Shown one piece after another: positions 17,294 through 26,182 of a stretch of 64,000 nucleotides of DNA. The DNA comes from a virus: positions 1-64,000 of the IMG/VR virus record IMGVR_UViG_3300047319_000798; one strand, written 5' to 3'. The stretch's first letter is position 1. Each line of letters begins with the position of its first letter. The notes under the pieces are model-generated. The model was not told the origin of the DNA. It saw only the letters and a list, made by a program, of their open reading frames with translations, and searched no databases. The position numbers were made by a program, and so were the translations under genes.

Positions 17294-17923
17294 ATGGCAT
17301 TTCAGTTCAACCCCTATGTCCAGACCAGTGCGGCTGGAATGTTCAACATTGAATCCGATGGATTCGTTGTTGGCACCGCTATGCCTGACCCGTCTTCCCG
17401 CAACTGGTTGGCGGGCGGCTGGTTGGCGGCCACTGAGACGCTACCGATGTTTGGCGGTATCGCGATCAGTGAAAACGTTCCGCAGGAGCGTCCTCCGGTC
17501 AGCCGGATGGATACGGCTCTCGGCGGGGCCATCATCCGCGCTACCGTCAACACGGCCACTAACGCTGCGGGTAGCATCACAGGCTTTAGCGTGTTCGACC
17601 AGAATTATGCCATGGTCAATACGCCCCAAAGCCCGTGCCCCAGTGTCCAAGCCGGGGGCCTGGTCAACTTCTACCGTCTGGGCTCACAGGCCCGGGTGGC
17701 GCTGGCAATCGACCCGACGTTGATCTCTTTGGAGGGCGGTATCATTACGGCTCAGGTGAGCTGGGATGTTACTAACCAGAAGATCATCGCCTTCGCCACC
17801 AATGCTCTGCCGGTCAAAATCCTTGCGATCAAGGCCAGTAACTGCATGGTCCCGGTCTACACGTCTGGTACTGGACAAGTGACCTGGAATTACAACGGAG
17901 CAGCGGCGCTCTGCTTGCTGTGA
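17294..17923 (+). CDS. head decoration/cement protein
   Basis: Between scaffold and MCP; PMFGGIAISE, NFYRLGSQAR. Confidence 0.7.
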   Translation: MAFQFNPYVQTSAAGMFNIESDGFVVGTAMPDPSSRNWLAGGWLAATETLPMFGGIAISENVPQERPPVSRMDTALGGAIIRATVNTATNAAGSITGFSVFDQNYAMVNTPQSPCPSVQAGGLVNFYRLGSQARVALAIDPTLISLEGGIITAQVSWDVTNQKIIAFATNALPVKILAIKASNCMVPVYTSGTGQVTWNYNGAAALCLL

Positions 17924-17972
17924 TTTGAAACTAGGCCGGGGCCAACTCTGGCCTGAGTCAGGAGTGTGATAG

Positions 17973-18995
17973 ATGGCTACGATTTCCCCGTCCTTTGCTC
18001 AGGTGCATCCGTCATACACGATGCCTGAGACACTGATGCCTTATACACAGGCGTCAGGCGCGTTCGAGTTGCTGGCAGACGGTGGACCTATGGTCCGGCT
18101 GGCTGATGGCGATTTGTATGCTTACATCAAGCGCATCGACGTTCGCACCCGTATGGCTGCGGGCCAGAGCGCCTATAACCAATTGCCCGGGGTGTCGTTC
18201 GCCCTTGGCCAGATCAGTGCGCCGTCTTATCTCTTGCGGGTGCGCGCCGAGTATGACCACCACGACACGGCGGCCATGGCTCGTTGGGGTATCTCGATTG
18301 TTGAGGCCCACCGCCTTGGTATGCGTCAGGCTGCGTTCCAGATCATGCGTAACGGGTTGTTGTATGGCTTCAACCCAACCAATGGTGAAGGCTTGCTCAA
18401 CGCAGCCGGGGCGACGTCCATCCCGCTGCCCCCTGACAGCGCCAGCAACGCGACCGTGGTCACTTACGACAATGGTCAAATGGCGTTCTTCATCATCGCC
18501 CAGATCAGTGCGATCAAGACCCGGACTAACCAGCTGGGGATTGGCCACAAGTTCGTGATCGTGGGGCCGCAGCGTACACTGGGCGCGTTCGAGTACCAAA
18601 ACATCGTCCAGCTGACCAGCTATCAGCGCCCGGGCGCGGGTTCGACTAGCACCGCCGGTCTCATCAAGGATGTTCTGGAAATGAACGATGATGAGATTTA
18701 CTGGGGCTATGACGACACGCTCATTGGTAAGGGCGCGGGCGGTAACGATGCGGTGATCATCGTCATGCCCGAGGTGGAACAGCCCAAGGGCCAGAGGATC
18801 AACACCAACGAGTTCGCCAAGTTGACGCCCTCGATGGAGGCTTGCACGCTGATGCTCTGCGATATGGCGGCACCCAAGGAAATCCCGGTTCCGCTGGCGG
18901 GCGGCGCCATCGACGTTCTTGCTGAGATGCGTACGACTTCCGGCTGGGGTGTTCGCCCGGAGGCCATTACCGTCATCAGCATGCAGTACTCTTAA
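17973..18995 (+). CDS. major capsid protein
   Basis: 340 aa, AGGAG SD, LLYG...GLLN, C-terminal RTTSGWGVRPEAI (DUF2184-like), followed by terminator. Confidence 0.85.
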   Translation: MATISPSFAQVHPSYTMPETLMPYTQASGAFELLADGGPMVRLADGDLYAYIKRIDVRTRMAAGQSAYNQLPGVSFALGQISAPSYLLRVRAEYDHHDTAAMARWGISIVEAHRLGMRQAAFQIMRNGLLYGFNPTNGEGLLNAAGATSIPLPPDSASNATVVTYDNGQMAFFIIAQISAIKTRTNQLGIGHKFVIVGPQRTLGAFEYQNIVQLTSYQRPGAGSTSTAGLIKDVLEMNDDEIYWGYDDTLIGKGAGGNDAVIIVMPEVEQPKGQRINTNEFAKLTPSMEACTLMLCDMAAPKEIPVPLAGGAIDVLAEMRTTSGWGVRPEAITVISMQYS

Positions 18996-19034
18996 GGGGC
19001 CGCGATCCCCACCATTGTGGTGCCTTTGAGAGGC

Positions 19035-19074
19035 ACCCGCTGCCCTGTCGCGGAGGGCGGCGGGTTCGCTTTTT
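19035..19074 (+). terminator. intrinsic terminator after MCP
   Basis: ACCCGCTGCCCT-N7-AGGGCGGCGGGT then TCGCTTTTT. Confidence 0.7.
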
Positions 19075-19092
19075 ATCCCCGGGAGGGAGAGT

Positions 19093-19650
19093 GTGACTCA
19101 TCTGTATGTAGCTAATGTAACTAAGCAGATTGTTCAATTTGCCTATCGCGTGCCAGAGCGACAGGGCGTGGTTATCCAGCCGATACCGATTGGGGGCCAG
19201 GTTAGAATTACCCCGTTGGGCGGCAAGGATGATCTGTCGACCCCTGAAATTGACGCAATCATCGACCAGCACCGCAAATACGGTCTGGTTCCTGTGGAGG
19301 AGGTTGACAACAGCAAGAACCCGTTCCACGGCATGTTCTACTCAGTGGGCAAGCCAATCTCAGTTGAGCGCCTTCATAAGGCGATGAAGCGCACTGAAGA
19401 GGCGCTGGAGGAACAGGGCAAGCAAATGCGTCAGGAGGCCGCAATCGCGGTCAACAACCAGATCGAGAATACCATTGGGGAGAACCTCAAGCGGCTGGAG
19501 ATGAGTATCACGGAGGAAGAGCCGCGAGGCGGCTATCCCGAGGATCATGAGCCGTTAGGGGAGGGCGTGCGTGTAATGCGCGCGGAGGACACCGGAGGCA
19601 CAACGCTGCCGTTTATCGGGCGCAGCGGGCGCGGGAGGCGCAATGGCTGA
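19093..19650 (+). CDS. phage structural-region hypothetical protein
   Basis: GGAGGGAG SD, GTG start, position after MCP. Confidence 0.7.
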   Translation: MTHLYVANVTKQIVQFAYRVPERQGVVIQPIPIGGQVRITPLGGKDDLSTPEIDAIIDQHRKYGLVPVEEVDNSKNPFHGMFYSVGKPISVERLHKAMKRTEEALEEQGKQMRQEAAIAVNNQIENTIGENLKRLEMSITEEEPRGGYPEDHEPLGEGVRVMRAEDTGGTTLPFIGRSGRGRRNG

Positions 19651-20152
19651 GGTTCTAATCCGCCCGCGCACTGGCCGCACCGCCTACGCGTGGGCCGCTG
19701 AATACCCCAACTTCCCGGACTTTCAGGCGTGGGTCCAGTACATGATGGGTGTGCCCGCGTCGGACATGCCCGACGTGCCTACGCTGGAAATGGCCTACGA
19801 TGAGTCGTTGAATCTGGCTCTCGATGATCTGGCTACCATCCCCAATCAGCCGGGTTCGCCATCCCTGTATGCTCTGGCGGTCTATAACCTGGCCGGAGCC
19901 ATTCTGGTCGATATCGTTCAGGATACACCGCCATCAACATTCTGGTCTGATCTACGAAACAAGTTCAATGTGGCGATGTTTTCGTTCAGCATCGTTACCG
20001 GCGCGGGCGATCAGGGTACATCGAAGAGTGCTATGGTGCCCCTCTTTGTTCAGGGCATGGGTCCGTTGGATATGTGGATGTACCAGACGCCGTGGGGCCG
20101 GCAGTACATGATGATTGCCGGGGCCTGGGGCGCGATCTGGGGCATCTCATGA
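19643..20152 (+). CDS. head-tail adaptor (DUF4054-like)
   Basis: LAVYNLAG..L and QTPWGRQY motifs. Confidence 0.7.
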   Translation: MAEVLIRPRTGRTAYAWAAEYPNFPDFQAWVQYMMGVPASDMPDVPTLEMAYDESLNLALDDLATIPNQPGSPSLYALAVYNLAGAILVDIVQDTPPSTFWSDLRNKFNVAMFSFSIVTGAGDQGTSKSAMVPLFVQGMGPLDMWMYQTPWGRQYMMIAGAWGAIWGIS

Positions 20153-20625
20153 TTCTGGTTCTGGGCGTTCACGATATGGCCTATGCAGCCCAGTTTCATA
20201 CCAGTGCTGGTAAGCCTAAGCGTGGCGTGTCGAAAGCCCAAGCCGCTTATGGTAAGGGCCAGACCACGGGTGATGTTGCCCAGATACTAGAGGCGCGCTA
20301 TCATATTATGCGCACGTTTGTGGATATGAATAAGGACGATATCGTCCAGGCTGTTGAGTCCTCGATGCTGGGGGCCGTGGTCAATATCGTCAACGGACAG
20401 CCCGGGCCAATTAACCCGGGCGCACAGGCCCTGTCGGATATCGAGAACAAGTTCAAGGAAAGCCTGTCTCAGCGGGCCTACGATGGTTTGAAGGGGGTAC
20501 CAACCCAGGCGGCGGAGCGCGGGGTGTCGCATCGGTTTAAGAAGCCTTACGCGCGGCGCGCGGCGCGGCCCAGCTTTATCGACACTGGTTTGTACCAGTC
20601 GTCATTTACCACGTGGATGGAATGA
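20149..20625 (+). CDS. neck/tail completion protein
   Basis: GDVAQILE, RPSFIDTGLYQSS; ATGA-coupled start 20149. Confidence 0.7.
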   Translation: MILVLGVHDMAYAAQFHTSAGKPKRGVSKAQAAYGKGQTTGDVAQILEARYHIMRTFVDMNKDDIVQAVESSMLGAVVNIVNGQPGPINPGAQALSDIENKFKESLSQRAYDGLKGVPTQAAERGVSHRFKKPYARRAARPSFIDTGLYQSSFTTWME

Positions 20626-20798
20626 TCTGGTTTCTTGTCGTCATCGTTCACGCCACCAACTGTCCGGGTAAGTGCGGCGATGTTCCGGCTGTAGTCATCC
20701 AGATGCCATCCCAGGATGTCTGCGTGGCCGTTAAACAGGCCAACCCCGATGTTCCGCTTGATTGTTGGGGTAAGCCCGGACCTGGAGCACCAAAATGA
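20622..20798 (+). CDS. small Cys-containing protein with hydrophobic N-terminus
   Basis: ATGA overlaps at both ends. Confidence 0.55.
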   Translation: MIWFLVVIVHATNCPGKCGDVPAVVIQMPSQDVCVAVKQANPDVPLDCWGKPGPGAPK

Positions 20799-20968
20799 CC
20801 CTTGGTCTCGCCTTCTGGATCTTGATGCTAATCTGGCTCGTGTTCGGAGTGTTCGTCCGGGTGGGCTACGTTGGCGGTCCTTACGCACCCTGGGGCGATA
20901 TGGTGCTCTGGTTCATCTTGTTCGTCCTGCTTGGGTGGGAAGTGTTCGGAGCACCGTTACACAAATGA
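20795..20968 (+). CDS. 57 aa two-TM membrane protein (not in ORF track)
   Basis: Translated by hand: MTLGLAFWILMLIWLVFG...FILFVLLGWEVFGAPLHK; ATGA overlaps both sides. Confidence 0.7.
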   Translation: MTLGLAFWILMLIWLVFGVFVRVGYVGGPYAPWGDMVLWFILFVLLGWEVFGAPLHK

Positions 20969-21135
20969 GCATTGGCACCCTTCTTGTCATTATCCTGATC
21001 ATCATCCTGCTGGGTGGTCTAGGGGGGCCTTATATTGGCGCACCGTACGGGTATGGTTTTGGCCATGGCGGGATTGGTGTTGTGGGTATTATTCTTATCG
21101 TACTTGTTATTCTACTGTTAACAGGAAGGCTGTGA
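20965..21135 (+). CDS. DUF3309-like small membrane protein
   Basis: MSIGTLLVIILIIILLGG...GYG.G.GG..G.ILIVLVILLLTGRL. Confidence 0.75.
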   Translation: MSIGTLLVIILIIILLGGLGGPYIGAPYGYGFGHGGIGVVGIILIVLVILLLTGRL

Positions 21136-21138
21136 TAA

Positions 21139-21264
21139 ATGGCTAAGGAACCGTGTTCACCGGTTAACAAGCCGGGTGGTCCGCAGGGGAAGCCGTCTAA
21201 GCTGCCCCAGAAGCCGCTGCCCAAGTCACCGGGCGCGAAGTCCAATCCATCGTTAAAGAAGTAA
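21139..21264 (+). CDS. 41 aa Lys/Pro-rich peptide
   Basis: Fills the gap exactly; stop abuts next ATG. Confidence 0.45.
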   Translation: MAKEPCSPVNKPGGPQGKPSKLPQKPLPKSPGAKSNPSLKK

Positions 21265-22686
21265 ATGCCCTCTGTAGCTGATGTCCTTAAGGCCAAGCCG
21301 CCGCTTGCTGCTGATCTGGCGGCAGCGGTCAAAGACCTATCGTCCAATCAGGAAATTGCGTTCGCGCTCTATCAGCTCTATATCAATCCTCTTGATGGAA
21401 TGAACTACTGGATACGGGTGCCGTCCGATCAGGGCACCGTGACCACCGCCGGTCTAAGGCTGCGGGCGGGATTAGCCAGTCAGACTAAGGCGTCGGGCGA
21501 AGCTATCCAGATTGTACCGGGGAATCAGCGCACGTCTATCATTGGCGGGCGGATTACCAATCCGCTTAGTGTCGTGGATCAGGGCATTGACTTCCCGCAC
21601 GTGGACCCGTTGTTGCCCTTTGGCGACCCTCTGATGTTCCCGGACCCGAATGCGACACCAGCGGAAAGCCTGTTTGTAGACTTCACCGGGCCGGCATCAT
21701 CCAAGTCCACCGCCACAACAGTTGAGCTGTTGCCCGGGGAGGAAATTGAGGTTCCGGCTGGAACCCCGGCTTGGGCGAACGCCCTAACCGGCGGCCATAA
21801 GTTCACTGTGGTGCTGTACGAGACGGCGGCACAGGTGAGCTTGCCCACGGACGTAAAGGTCATGGGGTCGTTCCATTACGACAGTATGACCGAGCAGCGG
21901 GCTGATGCGACGATTGACTCTAACACGGTCGTGTTTACGTCGCTCAGTGAAATTCAGCCGTTCAATGAGGTGGGGCCGGATTTCCTCTACATCGCCAGCT
22001 ATCGCAATATCCGGTTTGCCTTTGTCTCGCGCGGCTATCTCTATGAACAGGCAGACCTGTACCATTACGTGGGCAAGGCGATCTACAGCATTACAGCAAC
22101 GCAAGTTGTCGATGACATAAATACATTCGACCCGGAAGTGTTTAATAGCAACTCAATTCCGATCTGGATGTACATGAACTACTACGTACCGCCGTATCCT
22201 GGCGGTCTGGTTTGCCCGTTTGAACTCTTTCCGGCGTTCCTGGTCGATGACAATAAGCCCACCCCATTTGGTTCAGTTCATGTAGAGCGGACAGAGGCAC
22301 TTCAACCGGTTCCTCTATTGGGGCGACGCATGGAGGCGGATCAGCTGTGCCGCGACCGCGTGATCATTCACATATACGGCGCTAGCAATCGGCTGGCTTC
22401 GGATTTCCGGGAGTTTGTCGAGCAATACTCACGGGACTGGAGTAAAATCGGGATTGCGACCGCCGGGGCGCTCACAGATTTGAACCAAGTTCAATCTGAG
22501 CTTCAGGTCATCGCCCAGCGCAAGTCGATCACCTTCGAAGTCAACTATCTCCAGTCAGTTAGCCGCGATCTGGCGAGGCAGTATATCATCAAGGCTAAGT
22601 GCCAATTTTACCCGGCGCTACCCGCGCTGGGCTATGGAGTGGACCCCTATGCCTCAAACGACATATATGCCGCTGTTTCTGGCTAG
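21265..22686 (+). CDS. head-closure/tail-terminator-like protein with inserted beta domain
   Basis: PLDGMNYW, GSFHY, YEQADLYHY, LQVIAQRKSITFEVNY; location before sheath. Confidence 0.6.
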   Translation: MPSVADVLKAKPPLAADLAAAVKDLSSNQEIAFALYQLYINPLDGMNYWIRVPSDQGTVTTAGLRLRAGLASQTKASGEAIQIVPGNQRTSIIGGRITNPLSVVDQGIDFPHVDPLLPFGDPLMFPDPNATPAESLFVDFTGPASSKSTATTVELLPGEEIEVPAGTPAWANALTGGHKFTVVLYETAAQVSLPTDVKVMGSFHYDSMTEQRADATIDSNTVVFTSLSEIQPFNEVGPDFLYIASYRNIRFAFVSRGYLYEQADLYHYVGKAIYSITATQVVDDINTFDPEVFNSNSIPIWMYMNYYVPPYPGGLVCPFELFPAFLVDDNKPTPFGSVHVERTEALQPVPLLGRRMEADQLCRDRVIIHIYGASNRLASDFREFVEQYSRDWSKIGIATAGALTDLNQVQSELQVIAQRKSITFEVNYLQSVSRDLARQYIIKAKCQFYPALPALGYGVDPYASNDIYAAVSG

Positions 22687-22819
22687 CTATGGTATTCTAG
22701 CTAAGGCTCAGAAGCCGGGTGGGGTGGTGATTTCGACCACGCTTGTACCCGGAGCAACCCCCAATGTGCTAACCCCGGCGTCAGCGGAAAAGACCGCTCC
22801 CGCCAAGTCCAAGAAGTAA
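22649..22819 (+). CDS. small hypothetical protein
   Basis: GGAG SD; short ORF in operon. Confidence 0.4.
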   Translation: MPQTTYMPLFLASYGILAKAQKPGGVVISTTLVPGATPNVLTPASAEKTAPAKSKK

Positions 22820-22834
22820 AAGGAGAAAACCATA

Positions 22835-23254
22835 ATGGCAACCATTAGATTGAGGCCGGGTGAAACGGCCCTCGTAGTAGCAACTGATCCCAGCCTTGAG
22901 ATTGGTGGCGGACCGATGCCGGGCTACGGCGACAAGCCGGTTGATCCTGGCTACGGTATTGATCTCGGTCTTGGCATCTGGGGTCCGACCGACCCGCGAC
23001 CGACCAACCCCATCGTGCTGCCGATCCCGGTCCCGCCGCCGACGCAGCCGACTGAGCCGGTTGACCCCGGCTACGATATCGACATCGATACTGGCTATGT
23101 GCGCCCTGAGCACCCGATTGTGCTGCCGCCCACACCGCCGGGTAAGCCAGCGATCAATTGGGAGCTTAAAACGGGTTGGACGCCGGTGACTGGTTGGGTT
23201 GTCTTCGCCGTGCCAACTGGCCCGACCCCGACCCCGTCAGCGGCGCGTAAGTAA
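22835..23254 (+). CDS. Pro-rich repeat protein
   Basis: AGGAG SD; duplicated PVDPGY...P(T/E)(N/H)PIVLP. Confidence 0.65.
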   Translation: MATIRLRPGETALVVATDPSLEIGGGPMPGYGDKPVDPGYGIDLGLGIWGPTDPRPTNPIVLPIPVPPPTQPTEPVDPGYDIDIDTGYVRPEHPIVLPPTPPGKPAINWELKTGWTPVTGWVVFAVPTGPTPTPSAARK

Positions 23255-23317
23255 AGCCGCTTTCGCCTCTGACTCCATTGAGTCAGGGGCGACCTTCATT
23301 TGTTAAAGGAGGCTACC

Positions 23318-24949
23318 ATGCCCACCATCGGAATTGCGCCTGTTTCACACGGCGACCGCCGCGCCGCTAACCGGCGTATGTGGCGCCATCCGCGCGGCCC
23401 TAGCCTTCGTCCGCTGCCCGATGGCTTACAGACCAGGGCGAAAGGTTACGTGGACCCGGCGACAGCTCCGCCGTTTGCGGGGGTGCACGATATCCCGGTG
23501 ACGCAGTTCTCTCAAGACCCCAACTCCATCGTCACCGTTCAAGTCCAGACGATTCAAGCCCCCACGCCCAACACCTATCAGCAGACCGGGTGTCTGGTGT
23601 CGTTTGGGGCCACCAGCATCGCTAAGAGTGATGCGGCCGAGCTGACCCAGTGGAGTGATCTCAGTGACGTCATCATTGGTGCAGCTCCGGCAGCGTCTGT
23701 AGCGTGGGCGGCGGGTCTGGTCACACTGACCACGGCTGCGCCTCTGTCGGCGCATTACGCGCCCGGGGATACTCCGTTTATGACCGTGTCCGGGTTCGTG
23801 CCCGCTGCCTATAACTACAGCGGCCCGGTGACAATGGTCGACAGCGCCACATTCACTTATCCGTGCGTCACTGACCCGGGTCCGGCAACCACGGTTGGAA
23901 CCTATATGCCGCAGGGCGCGATTGAGCTGTCGCAGATGGCGACAACCTTTTTCGACCAGGGCAACATGGTTTCGGTCTGGGTATTGGAGTTGGGCTACGG
24001 TGCGACTTCCGCCGCCAACGCGACGGCGCTCCAGGGGTGGCTGAACGTCAACCCCAAGGTTTTCTGCGGCTATCTGTTGCCCCGGTCTTGCGGGTCTAAT
24101 CAGACATCCATCCAGGCTTTCGAGGCGCTGTTCAAGCAATATCAGAACCCAGAGGCGATGACGTACTTCTGGCTGACGGTTGGGGCTGGCGTGATTACAA
24201 CCCTCGACAAGACCTACAAGTGCGTTATCCAGCTAGCGGAGGCCCCGTCTGTCACTGATCTTGCCCAGTCGAACGCCACCAACCCGAATGGTGAGTTCAC
24301 GATGGCGGCCATGTTCTACAATGCCATGGCGTTTCGCCCTTCGCAGATCAATCGGGTCGCTCCGATGGCGTTCAAGTATTTGTACGGCGTCACGGCCTAT
24401 CCGACCAAGAACAATGGGCCTTTGCTCAAGTCCTTTAAGACCAACGCCACCAACTATGTGGCCACTGGCGCGGAGGGTGGAGTTTCCTACAACATCGTCT
24501 ACGAGGGCGTGACCAAGGACGGTCAGGATTACTTCAACTGGTGGTGGACTATCGACTGGGTGCAGATCAACATCAATTTGAACCTCAGCAACGCCATCAT
24601 CAACGGGAGCAACAACCCGTTCGCGCCGCTCTATTACAACCAGGACGGCATCAACTTCCTGGAGACCAATCTGTTTAACACTATGCTCTCGGCTTCGACC
24701 CTGGGCATGGTGCTGGGGCCGATCACCATGACCGGGTTGAACCAGCCGGATTTGCAGAACAACATCTTGCTGGGTGTGTTCGAGGGCATGTGCGACGTGA
24801 ATGCGGTGCAGTTTGTCGATTACGTCAACGCCAATCCGAGCCACTACAAGATTGGGGAATACGACGGGTTGTCAGTGCTGTTCATCCCGGCGCGCGGCTT
24901 CATCCATATCATGGTCAGCGTCACGGCAACCGATCTGGTCACCATCTGA
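23318..24949 (+). CDS. contractile tail sheath (DUF3383-like)
   Basis: AAGGAGG SD; NYVATG, DWVQINI, LYYNQDGI; precedes tube. Confidence 0.82.
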   Translation: MPTIGIAPVSHGDRRAANRRMWRHPRGPSLRPLPDGLQTRAKGYVDPATAPPFAGVHDIPVTQFSQDPNSIVTVQVQTIQAPTPNTYQQTGCLVSFGATSIAKSDAAELTQWSDLSDVIIGAAPAASVAWAAGLVTLTTAAPLSAHYAPGDTPFMTVSGFVPAAYNYSGPVTMVDSATFTYPCVTDPGPATTVGTYMPQGAIELSQMATTFFDQGNMVSVWVLELGYGATSAANATALQGWLNVNPKVFCGYLLPRSCGSNQTSIQAFEALFKQYQNPEAMTYFWLTVGAGVITTLDKTYKCVIQLAEAPSVTDLAQSNATNPNGEFTMAAMFYNAMAFRPSQINRVAPMAFKYLYGVTAYPTKNNGPLLKSFKTNATNYVATGAEGGVSYNIVYEGVTKDGQDYFNWWWTIDWVQININLNLSNAIINGSNNPFAPLYYNQDGINFLETNLFNTMLSASTLGMVLGPITMTGLNQPDLQNNILLGVFEGMCDVNAVQFVDYVNANPSHYKIGEYDGLSVLFIPARGFIHIMVSVTATDLVTI

Positions 24950-24975
24950 CGCGGGCCGTATGAGGAGACGGGAAA

Positions 24976-25440
24976 ATGACAGCGTTTGTCGACCAAGGCC
25001 AGCTCAACCGCCTCAGCGCCCAGGTGGTTTTTGCTACAGTCCAATCGAACGGGCAGCCCCTCACTATCCCGTCTGCTTACCTGGGCACGGAGGGTATTCG
25101 GCTGGCGCTGGATAGCAACGCCACCGATCTGTTGCCCACGATGACCGGGATGGTAAGTTCGCCCGCGCCTTATCAGAGCTGCACGCTGACGATGGCCATC
25201 GTCAAATCGGCGGCGGCGCTAGCGAACCAGCTCATGCAGATGATGCAGAAGGGGTCGACCATCATCGGCAACGTCACGGTCTACCCCGATGTGCCGCCCA
25301 ATATCCTGCAGCCATTCAATCTGATGAACATGGCGCTGGAGACGGTGCGTGAGATGAACTTCGCCGGCACGGAGCCAGTGATCGTATTTACGATGCGCGG
25401 GTACATGCAGGTCAACCAAGGGTTCTTTGGTGATCCGTAA
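24976..25440 (+). CDS. tail tube protein
   Basis: 154 aa after sheath; QGQLNRL, TMTGMVSSPAPY. Confidence 0.78.
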   Translation: MTAFVDQGQLNRLSAQVVFATVQSNGQPLTIPSAYLGTEGIRLALDSNATDLLPTMTGMVSSPAPYQSCTLTMAIVKSAAALANQLMQMMQKGSTIIGNVTVYPDVPPNILQPFNLMNMALETVREMNFAGTEPVIVFTMRGYMQVNQGFFGDP

Positions 25441-25462
25441 GCGTTGAATAAGGTGGTGGGAA

Positions 25463-26056
25463 ATGGCTGAGGTTGTCAAGCTGAATCGAAAGCTTAATGT
25501 TGTATTGCCGCCGTTCACGACTGAGAAAGGCCTGGTTTACGTCTATTCGACCCCGATTGCCCTGCCCGTGTTCCGCGAGCACTACCGCATGCTCGGACGC
25601 ACGTTCACAGAGATTCAGCGGTTAGGGTATGGGCCGATTACCGGGCCGTCCTTAGCCAGCTATGTGCTCCGGGATGAGGCCAAGGCTTTCGGCGACGAGG
25701 CCCACAGTGAGATGCTAATTCAAGAGGTCAAGCGGCTATCCTTTGTCGTTTACCCGGGCGACCGGGGCTGGGCTAACATGCCGCTGGGAGAGGCGGTCAA
25801 GCGGAGTATCCTGTCGGAAGAGCAAGGGGATGAAGCGGAGAACTTTCTTGTATATTTTACTTGCGCCTCCTGGATAAAACTGCCCAGCGAGGCGATAGCG
25901 ATGGAGAGCCTCCGCACACTCTGGCAAGCGCAAATTACATCCTCGACTGTTACGGAGTTTATGAGTTCCTTGCCGACATCGACAACGGAAGAGAATACTG
26001 GCGAGACAGCTGTGACCCCGTTACCGGAGAAGCCACGGTTGTCGGTTCCTGCCTAA
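25463..26056 (+). CDS. tail assembly chaperone
   Basis: Between tube and tape measure. Confidence 0.7.
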   Translation: MAEVVKLNRKLNVVLPPFTTEKGLVYVYSTPIALPVFREHYRMLGRTFTEIQRLGYGPITGPSLASYVLRDEAKAFGDEAHSEMLIQEVKRLSFVVYPGDRGWANMPLGEAVKRSILSEEQGDEAENFLVYFTCASWIKLPSEAIAMESLRTLWQAQITSSTVTEFMSSLPTSTTEENTGETAVTPLPEKPRLSVPA

Positions 26057-26182
26057 GCTGGATTGTTGAAATTGCTTTTAAGGAGTTCATGGGACAATTT
26101 CTGTCCAAGGACAGTAACATAGGATTCACAACCGCAACGGAATGGCGGAATAGGTATTTTCTGCAACTGTTGAAGGCGACCA

